Source: Octopus sinensis (Eukaryota). Taken from it: DNA of 64,000 nucleotides. The position numbers and the translations under genes are program-made. Shown here piece after piece: positions 54,016 through 64,000 of this stretch. The DNA is taken from NCBI RefSeq assembly GCF_006345805.1, contig NC_043019.1, positions 7,315,360-7,379,359 of the forward strand. The letters are read 5' to 3'. The notes under the pieces were generated by a model. That model was not told the origin of the DNA and did not search any database. It worked only from the letters and a program-made list of their open reading frames with translations. Numbering within the stretch: the stretch's first letter is position 1; every line of letters starts with the position of its first letter.

Positions 54016-56104
54016 TGTTGAAATTATAATTAATCTCCCTCTGATTAATGCTTCGGATTTTACCGAAATAAGCATAGTGTTTGATGATTTTAACCCACGC
54101 TGGTGGAAAGGGGAGAACAGAGATTCTTCGCTTGCTTATTTGAATTTGTTGGCACTGTTAGTTGGGAGCAGATCTTCGAAAGGGTATGTTCTTATTTTCA
54201 GTGTTTCCAAATCCAAACCAAGGAATTTCTGAGCCGATGATAGAAATGTTGTTTTGACTAATCTTGAAACGTACGTTCTCGAATAACCTTAGCATTTGAT
54301 TTTTCGATGTCCTTACCCCCAAACTTTTGTGAGTTGAATTAAGCAAACACTATATATGAGAGAGATTTTCTTTAAGTATTAGAAATAGCTTTAAAAAGTT
54401 TTTTAGCTGCTATTTCTAATGAGTTCAGTATGCGGCAAAGTAATTTATTTTACTAAGCCCTTTTATATATTGTAATAATTTGAATTCGCCTTGAATGGTC
54501 CCTTTGCATACTGAACACTTGGTGAAATTGATTAATAATTAATTAATTTTGCCCTCAATTGTTGAATTATAATTAATCTCCCTCTGATTAATGCTTCGGA
54601 TTTTACCGAAATAAGCATAGTGTTTGATGATTTTAACCCACGCTGGTGGAAAGGGGAGAACAGAGATTCTTCGCTTGCTTATTTGAATTTGTTGGCACTG
54701 TTAGTTGGGAGCAGATCTTCGAAAGGGTATGTTCTTATTTTCAGTGTTTCCAAATCCAAACCAAGGAATTTCTGAGCCGATGATAGAAATGTTGTTTTGA
54801 CTAATCTTGAAACGTACGTTCTCGAATAACCTTAGCATTTGATTTTTCGATGTCCTTACCCCCAAACTTTGTGAGTTGAATTAAGCAAACACTATATATG
54901 AGAGAGATTTTCTTTAAGTATTAGAAATAGCTTTAAAAAGTTTTTTAGCTGCTATTTCTAATGAGTTCAGTATGCGGCAAAGTAATTTATTTTACTAAGC
55001 CCTTTTATATATTGTAATAATTTGAATTCGCCTTGAATGGTCCCTTTGCATACTGAACACTTGGTGAAATTGATTAATAATTAATTAATTTTGCCCTCAA
55101 TTGTTGAATTATAATTAATCTCCCTCTGATTAATGCTTCGGATTTTACCGAAATAAGCATAGTGTTTGATGATTTTAACCCACGCTGGTGGAAAGGGGAG
55201 AACAGAGATTCTTCGCTTGCTTATTTGAATTTGTTGGCACTGTTAGTTGGGAGCAGATCTTCGAAAGGGTATGTTCTTATTTTCAGTGTTTCCAAATCCA
55301 ACCAAGGAATTTCTGAGCCGATGATAGAAATGTTGTTTTGACTAATCTTGAAACGTACGTTCTCGAATAACCTTAGCATTTGATTTTTCGATGTCCTTAC
55401 CCCCAAACTTTTGTGAGTTGAATTAAGCAAGCACTATATATGAGAGAGATTTTCTTTAAGTATTAGAATAGCTTTAAAAAGTTTTTTAGCTGCTATTTCT
55501 AATGAGTTCAGTATGCGGCAAAGTAATTTATTTTACTAAGCCCTTTTATATATTGTAATAATTTGAATTCGCCTTGAATGGTCCCTTTGCATACTGAACA
55601 CTTGGTGAAATTGATTAATAATTAATTAATTTTGCCCTCAATTGTTGAATTATAATTAATCTCCCTCTGATTAATGCTTCGGATTTTACCGAAATAAGCA
55701 TAGTGTTTGATGATTTTAACCCACGCTGGTGGAAAGGGGAGAACAGAGATTCTTCGCTTGCTTATTTGAATTTGTTGGCACTGTTAGTTGGGAGCAGATC
55801 TTCGAAAGGGTATGTTCTTATTTTCAGTGTTTCCAAATCCAAACCAAGGAATTTCTGAGCCGATGATAGAAATGTTGTTTTGACTAATCTTGAAACGTAC
55901 GTTCTCGAATAACCTTAGCATTTGATTTTTCGATGTCCTTACCCCCAAACTTTGTGAGTTGAATTAAGCAAACACTATATATGAGAGAGATTTTCTTTAA
56001 GTATTAGAATAGCTTTAAAAAGTTTTTAGCTGCTATTTCTAATGAGTTCAGTATGCGGCAAAGTAATTTATTTTACTAAGCCCTTTTATATATTGTAATA
56101 ATTT
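54016..56104. repeat. Tandem array of a ~542-bp unit, 3.85 copies
   Basis: Unit starts at 54016, 54560, 55102 and 55643. Differences are almost only homopolymer-length indels. Runs into (TA)n at the right end. Confidence 0.97.
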
Positions 56105-56111
56105 ATGTATA

Positions 56112-56178
<67 letters not shown>

Positions 56179-56302
56179 TATGAAAGAATGGAGTTGAACG
56201 ACTAGTTAACAAATATCCTTTATTCTCTGATGTGAATTTGCTACCCAGGTATCGGTTATCTTTCGAATTATCCTTCATAAGCTAATTCATTCAACTACAC
56301 AA

Positions 56303-56350
<48 letters not shown>

Positions 56351-56999
56351 TGTTTGCGTCCGTTTTTGGTAGCTTTGCATCTACTTATACCAATCCTTTG
56401 GACATCTAAATTTTCTTCGCCGCCACGAAACTGTCGCACCCAGTTACTTTCAGTATTTAGATTTTTTTTTTAAATCACGCAAAATATAAACTTTTGCTAT
56501 GAATATGTTCAAAAAGGAAATTAGACATGAATGTATATATATAAATATTTCGAGCAACGTAAAACATTTTTTCTTGAAGGAAATCATCTGTGGTTATCAA
56601 AGTATCTCTGATAATGAGATAGCAAGAATTATACAGCTGAGTTTTGCATTTCAGGATTGGCAAAATTCTTGGAAATTGCTTGTGCTAAAACCGGGAGATG
56701 AATGTTTACAGCGTACAAATTGTTTATGACTCAAAGAGGAAAGGAATTAGAAACGATTGGTCTGGATGATGAGAATGAAAGCAGGATAAAATAAAAGGAA
56801 AACTTGTGAAGAATATTTAAGAGCAGAATGGAAGAAGATAAACAACATCATATAAAGATCGCGTTGAAGCTATTTTATACATCCATATATGTGTATGTGT
56901 GTGGGTGGGTGTTTGTGTGTGTGGGTGCGCGCGTGGATATTCATTTAGATATATACATGTGTGTGTGTGTGGTTGTGCATTTTGCCCTTTTAAAATCTT

Positions 57000-57199
57000 T
57001 ATTAGTTTCAGTTACTGGACTGCGACCACGCTGGGGCCTGGAAGAGTTTAGTCGGACAAATTGATACCAGTAATTATTTACATCTGAAGCCCGACTGTTA
57101 TTCTATAGGTCATTTTGGCCGACCGCTAAGTTACGGGGACATAAACATACCACCACCCGTTGTCAGTCGATGGTATGAGGCAAACATAAACACACACAG

Positions 57200-57200
<1 letters not shown>
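57000..57200 (-). mobile_element. SINE family A 3' half
   Basis: gtttcagtta...gaccgctaagttacggggacataaaca... Confidence 0.8.
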
Positions 57201-57260
<60 letters not shown>

Positions 57261-57270
57261 TATATATATG

Positions 57271-58052
57271 CAGAGATGGGGAGAGAGGTGGGGGGAACGG
57301 TGAATAAATTGTCTAAATTACGCAAAAATCAAAATAACACTAGCATCTCTTTTTGACAGATATATTTACCAAAATTAAATAAAAATATCTTCAAGTAGTA
57401 AAAAGTACATTTCTCCAATAAAATCGCCATTGGCTTCAACCACGGCCACCAGACGACTTCGGAATCTTGTTTAAGTTGGTGAATGCTGCCGTAATCCTTG
57501 CCTTTCGCTCATCTTTAGTATTACAAGGAGTTTTATTGGTCTTTCGCCCAACTGTCCCCCACACATAATAATCAAGGTGGTGTAGTGTGGGAAGTAAAGT
57601 GGCCAGATGTTAGGGGTGGTGTGGTCGCAGAAATTGTCTGACAGCAATGACTGTGTCATCCTGCTGTGTGGCATGGTGCAGAGTCCTGTCGTCAGAAATA
57701 GGGTCTTCCAGCAGCCATCTTCTTGACCGATGTCAGCAGTATCTCATCTAGGCACTTGATGTAGGCTTCTTGTTGAGTCGGAGGCGGTGTGGGAAGATGA
57801 TGGAAGCAATACATCACTATCACAAGTGCTCATTCCAAACACCAAGTTGTTGAGTGGATGTTTAATTCTTATCACTCTCGGTTCATATTTTCGGGACACG
57901 GCAAGGCAGCTGTTCGTATTGGAACTTTCGGCGCGAATGCCAAGCAGTGCGGCATGTCGTTTCCAGCAGGATGATATCCGTCATGGTGCTGTTTTTCTCA
58001 CAGGTAGTGCCCGACTGACCCTACTATACCGCGTAGTCGACAAAAACCAAAA
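57271..58052 (-). mobile_element. Second internally deleted DD37D (maT) element
   Basis: AGRPYF*RQDSAPCHT/RMTQSLLSDNFCDHTTPNIWP.../DYYVWG, colinear with 50250-51036. Confidence 0.88.
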
Positions 58053-58320
58053 CCAGTTGAATAAATTTAGAATATAGCCTGGTTTTCACGTTTTTATTTT
58101 GGTATCTTAAAAAATCGTTTTAGAATATTGAAGTCTGTTAGACATTAAGTATGTTAAACACTTCAACATAGTAAAATTATTTTTCAATATAATAATAAAA
58201 GAAACGGGAATACCAGACCATGTTGTAACTTCATTGAACTGATATACTATTCCATAAACATTCATACAAATATCTGTATACATATATATGTGTGTGTTTG
58301 TGTGTGTGTGTGTGTGTGTG

Positions 58321-58539
58321 GGGCGCAGGAGTGGATATGTGGTAAGAAGCTTGCTTCCCAACCACATGGCTCCGGGTACAGTTCCACTTCCTGCCACCTT
58401 CGGCAAGTCGCCTCTACTATCGTTTCTAGCCGACCGAAACCTTATGAGTACATTTGGTAGACGAAAACTGAAAGAAGCCAGTCGTATATCATATATGTGT
58501 GTGTTTTGTGCGTTTATAATTATACCATATGTTAGATAT

Positions 58540-58570
<31 letters not shown>

Positions 58571-59160
58571 TATATATATGTGTGTGTGTGTGCGTGCGTG
58601 TGTGTGTGTGTATGTGTGTGCGTAATTATTATAAATCTTGCACTAGGAAGGCAGCCGGTTTCCCCCCAAAATACAAGGTTCCATCTTTATAGTTAACACG
58701 GACAAATTCTCTTTTAAGCATTTACTAACAAAACCAATCGCTCCATTTACTATTGGTATAAATATGAATTTATAGTCTGGATATAGAAGCTGGAGGTTTC
58801 AAAGCAGTTGTCCATAGATATATTATTTTCTTTGATTTTCAAAGAGATATTTATATCTGTAGGGCGTAGGGCAGATGACCTCTAACATCACTGTCCTAAA
58901 CGACAGTATCCGGTCGGTTACGATTATATTTGACAGACATTTTTTATTTATGTATGTATGTATTTGTGTGTCTGTCTTTGTCCCTCCACCATTGATTGAC
59001 AACCGATGTCGCTGTGTTTACGTCCCCGGGAGTCTGCGGTTTGGCAAAAGAGAGCGATAGAGTAAGTACTAGGCTTACGAATATTAAGTCCTGGGATACA
59101 TTTGTTCAACAAAATGCATTGCTCCAGCATAGCCGCAGCTAAATGACTGAAACAGGCTGA
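58321..59160 (+). mobile_element. SINE family A head (58321-58490) and tail (58960-59160) separated by microsatellites and ~320 bp of other sequence
   Basis: Both halves match 29979-30395 in the same orientation. Confidence 0.7.
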
Positions 59161-59462
59161 AGAAAATTAAATTGCGTATAGATTCATATACAGATATTTC
59201 AGAAGAAAAATAGAGATTCCTCATTATGTCGTTGGTGAATCATTAATAACTACACAAGACATGTCCACTAAATATTAGATTAAGTATTTAAATGCATGAA
59301 ATAACATTATTCAGTTTCTAGAAATAAATCTTACAGAAATAATGGTGTCTCTACTTCTAAGATAGCTTTATATATGCACACACAAACATATACATACATG
59401 ATCATATATACATAAATATATGATTCTGTAATCACACTTTCGCTTTTGCTTCATACATGCAC

Positions 59463-59538
<76 letters not shown>

Positions 59539-59951
59539 CATGTATAGTTATTCGTACGTATAGGCGAATGATAATACAAGTATAGAAAATGGTTACTAAA
59601 AATGATTCTGTAATCACACTTTCGCTTTTGCTTCATACATGCACAGATATATATATATATACATACATATGTATTTATGAATGCATGTATATCTATATAC
59701 ATATACATATATCTTTACATATATATGTATTTGTATATACATATATATCTATGTACATACACATATATATATATTTCTATATTTATATGTATACATACCT
59801 ACACACATAAATACATATATATATGAATATATATACATACATATATATACATATATCTTTACCTATATATAGAGAAATATATATTTATATATTCATATCT
59901 ATATCTATATCAATATATATATATATATAGAGAGAGAGAGATACATAGATG

Positions 59952-60017
<66 letters not shown>

Positions 60018-60037
60018 CATACAGACAGATAGATAGG

Positions 60038-60097
<60 letters not shown>

Positions 60098-61086
60098 CAG
60101 ATATATGCGTCTAAATGGATGTGAGTGTGCGGTGCCTGTACGGTTATGTGTGACTGTGCGTTAGTTAACGAGTTCGATATGAATAAAGAGTAAACTTTCA
60201 GCGAAGCTTTGTAGTGCTTAAATTCATTTAATTTCTGACTTAGTCTGATGTTATTCATCATGTGTGTGTGTGTGTATGTGCTTGTGCTTGTGTGTGTACG
60301 ATTGGATGTGGGTGTGCGTGTGTAAAATAGCGATAAACATTAGGACGAACCGGAAATTAAACATTCATTAATATGACTGACAAATCGGAAATTTATTATG
60401 AAATAAAGATATAAAAAGAATATCGTTTGGAGATATTAATGTTTAATGCTACATGTATGAAACAGCATGATTTGAAAGATAGGATTTAAAGTATAAAACG
60501 AAATGATCTAATCAGAAATACAAAAGAAAACATGGTTGTTTTCACGATTTCACAAAATGGTGAACTACGTTTGTAAACAAATTGCTAATCACCGATCCAT
60601 TCATGTGATTTAAATGTTCAAAAAGCTAATATTTATAAAATGAAGTTATAAAAAGCATAATGGATGAAGCGGAGAAATATGAGTGTTATATCCATGATGG
60701 ATCCTAATTTATGAGATAAGAGCCAACTGAAAGAATCAAGAGACGAAACTTATGCGAAGAGCAGAGCTATATTTTAAAATATATAATTCTCCATATGTCT
60801 TTTTTTCATTTTGCTCATTTCTTTCATCTTTGCTAAATATATCTACGTTGTACTTACAAAAATAAGACATGGCCATCTATATTTTACGGGTATCGTTTAT
60901 TCTTTACTAGTTTCAGCTCGAGAGTTGTGCCCATACTGGGGCACCGACGTAATCTTTGCTACACTTTTACTACTTTTGATCTTCGAAACCCCTTCTGATA
61001 CGGGGCATTTGCTGTCTGGAGGAGAATGATATTGCTGCCCTCATCTGCTTTTCTTGTCGCGAGGTTCATCTGGATTTCTTGACATT

Positions 61087-61121
<35 letters not shown>

Positions 61122-62197
61122 TTGTGTGTGTGTGCATGTGTGTGCGTATGTGTGTGTGTGTGTGTATGTGTTTGTGTATGTATGTATGTATATGAAATTA
61201 GTTATATTATTAGTTAATTTCAATCAAGTTTATTTTTGTTTTGGAAAGAAAGAATATAAAAGCTTTCCCTTTTATATTAATAACTATGGAAGCCTGGAGG
61301 GAAGATTATATTAATGGAACTCAAGGGCTAGTTTGCTATTGAGTTATATAATTTAGGAATTAGTTATAGGATTACTTATAGAAATATTAATTTACCGATG
61401 CTGGTTTTGTCCATAGGGTAAATGCGGTTTCTTTGTTGTAGTTTAATTAATAATGCTAATGTTTAATTCTTCCTAGAATTAAGACTGAATGGATGTGGGG
61501 ATATATATGGCATCTTTGTTCCCAAACAACACTTATTGTAGTGCTGCTGACACCACCGGATTGAATGGTGCTGCCTAAGTGTAGTAACCATAGTGATATC
61601 CATGGAGCAGCTGATGATGGAGAGGTGCTGGATTGTATGGCTGTTATTGTATGTGCGGAATAGTCTTCCTGCCCCCATCGTTTCACAACCGATGATGGTG
61701 TGTTTACGTCCCCGTAACTTATCGGTTCGGCAAAAAAAGGAAATGATGTAATAAATACAAGATTGGGGTTGATTTATTCGACTAAAAGGCGATGCTCCAG
61801 CATTGCCGCAGTGAAATAATTGAAACAAAGAAAAGAATAAAAGAATATATAGACGTGTGTGTGCGCGCGAACATGTATATATATATATATTTATATATAT
61901 ATTATATGTATATACATATACGCATACAAACACACACACAAGCACACACATGCATATCTATATCCGACGGCGTGTGGCCTACTCTTTCAGAGGTTCGATT
62001 CCTAAAACGCTGCTCTGCGATTATTTTGACATGTGATATGTGGGGCACCCATTCACCCGTACGGGCATTGCCGATTTGTTAGAGGGGGTGAGCTTATATA
62101 AACACAAATATTTCATCACCATAATCAAGTCATCCGTGCAGTTGTTGATCAAGAACCTGCGGCGTCTTCATCAGTCGTTTAACGATGGGAGAGCCCA

Positions 62198-62625
62198 TTA
62201 TATTCCTTGATATGTTTCAGCCGAGGCTGTGGCCATGCGGGGGCAGTGCCAGTATAATCACCTTTTAATTGGTCAATTCTATGGGAGTGAGTTTTGGTGA
62301 AGAAGAGAATTTGATAGCACTGCCCTCTTTTGCGTTTCCTGCCTTGCTGTTGGTTCATCTGGGATCTTGGGTAGCAACATGTTGAGTTGTTTTTTGAACA
62401 CATCTACCTCAACTCCATGGAGATCTCTCAGATGATTTGGCAAGGCGTTAAATAGCTGTGGGTCCTTGAATGTCAATCTAGTGCGGTCCATAGTCTTCAC
62501 TTTAGATGAGACTGCTGTGACTTTTGGAACTGTGCAATGATGTCTAATATGAGGTCTGGTATAACTCTGAATTCCAAAGTTTTGTGCCAGACCCACCACT
62601 ATCTTCCACACATATATCACGGCAT
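62198..62625 (-). mobile_element. 3' end of a CR1/L2-group LINE
   Basis: IYVWKIVVGLAQNFGI...PQLFNALPNHLRDLHGVEVDVFKKQLNMLLPKIPDEP...SNSLLHQ is a typical CR1/L2-group ORF2 C-terminus, followed by the tail gcatggccacagcctcggctgaaac. Confidence 0.85.
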
Positions 62626-63475
62626 TTATACGTAAAAAACATAATGAATTTATGTAGATTTGTTCGACTTACACCATCCAAGGCGGTACTCCTACATCGC
62701 CACTCTCACATAACTGAAACAAGTCAATGAATAAAAGAATAAAAGAATAAGAGAATAAAACAATATACTTGTTCTAGAAGTTCGTTTCTATTTTAAACAA
62801 TTGATTGTTGTGTGTTATATAAATGTCTATGTGCTGCAAACATTTCTCTTTTGGTGTAAATATTTCTCTTTGCTGCAAATATTTTTATGCCAAAAACTTG
62901 TTTCTTGTGTCGACTTCTGCTTAAAGTTTTAAATGTCTTTTGTGCTCTGATCATTTAGTCTTATTCGTAACATATCCTTGTGTTTCAAACACTGTAATGT
63001 GCTTTAAACATTTATCTCTCTTCCAAACATGTTATAACATTTATTAACTTCAAAACACCGAAATCTATATTTATCTATGGTGCGAGTACTTACTAAATAG
63101 GAATTGTTCACATTTGATGGAATATTTTCAATATCATAGAGAAACCAATAAAAGAAAGTGATTACGTTGAAATGTACTGAGTTCCTAACATGGCGAAATT
63201 TTCACTCAATAATAACTGTATATACGAATTTGAAGAACTTGTTATAATTCAGTGCTTTCGTCAGTAAAATTACAGAAGCAAATTGAATTCAGATTGATAT
63301 ATATATATATATATTTATTGGAAAGTCGTCAACTAATTCATATATTCATCGCAGTGGTTCTAAGGACTTCCATTAATTTGGTTATGAATTTACCAATCTG
63401 CTCCTGTATAGAAGTTATATTACATTTTAGATATATGTATACGTGTGTATCATGCATGAAACTGTGTGTGTGTGT

Positions 63476-63520
<45 letters not shown>

Positions 63521-63759
63521 GTGTGTGTGTGTGCGTGTGTAAGTATGACTATAAGGTCGCAATTGGTCAAAAGCCAATCTAATACAAATTGAAATGAATG
63601 ATTGAAAACAAAAGTAATGTCGAAACAAGAGTTTGCACTTTGCTTTTATATTTCTGTATCTTTAGTCTAATGCGCTTTGGCTGGGAGAAAATGGAGGATG
63701 ATGAAGTCGAGCTGGCATCAATTACTTAGACATGTGTGATTGGCAGCGTTATGATATAA

Positions 63760-64000
63760 CGCAGAATTGTATTGGTGCGATTACGAACCCAACCCGAGTA
63801 AATCACATTTGCTCTTGCTTCCCTTTGCTTTTGTTCCCTTTATGAATGAAGAGAACTGATTTGATCCTCGAACTGCTGACGTTGCGTTCTGTGCCTTAAC
63901 ACAAATTGAAAAGTCCTCGGTGCTCCAATTCTTTTGTTCTTTCCTCTTTTATCTCCGTCTTTGCATTCTTTGAAGCGGATAAGCGTCTTTCGGATGGAAG
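63760..64000 (-). mobile_element. Possible decayed RTE/BovB-type LINE C-terminus running off the window
   Basis: RKTLIRFKEC and QQFEDQ...REQKQR remnants. Weak similarity only. Confidence 0.3.

Noticed and set aside
54040-54076. Second hammerhead in the tandem unit (ctgatta...ccgaaata)
   Set aside because: Forms a simple hairpin (atgcttcgg/ccgaaataagcat), but the core elements are not in hammerhead topology.
316-63628. The ORF track entries as real genes
   Set aside because: Nearly all are YI/CV/HT/poly-I/L/K/E translations of microsatellites or antisense frames of SINEs and transposons; none is an intact recognisable protein.

Overview
AT-rich, microsatellite-saturated eukaryotic DNA with one 100-N assembly gap (6934-7033). 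The SINE families look like those of octopus/coleoid cephalopod genomes (inference from recognition, no search run). I find no intact protein-coding gene: the supplied ORFs are translations of (TA)n, (CA)n, (AAT)n, (CTT)n and (GATA)n repeats or of transposon debris. Supported contents: an intronless, disabled NOP58 retrocopy (~17.86-18.39 kb); a decayed Penelope-like RT (24.56-25.65 kb); R4/Dong-type RLE LINE fragments; CR1/L2- and RTE-type LINE 3' ends; a mariner and two DD37D (maT) remnants; two non-autonomous Helitrons; several MITE/foldback elements; dozens of tRNA-derived SINEs (my labels A, B, C, E); and a ~542-bp x3.85 tandem array. The most interesting theme is minimal hammerhead-ribozyme motifs in at least three unrelated repeat families: a tRNA-headed element with a near-canonical hammerhead (6270-6581), one hammerhead-like motif per unit of the tandem array, and a dispersed CUGUNGA-core variant family with a copy just upstream of the Penelope RT.
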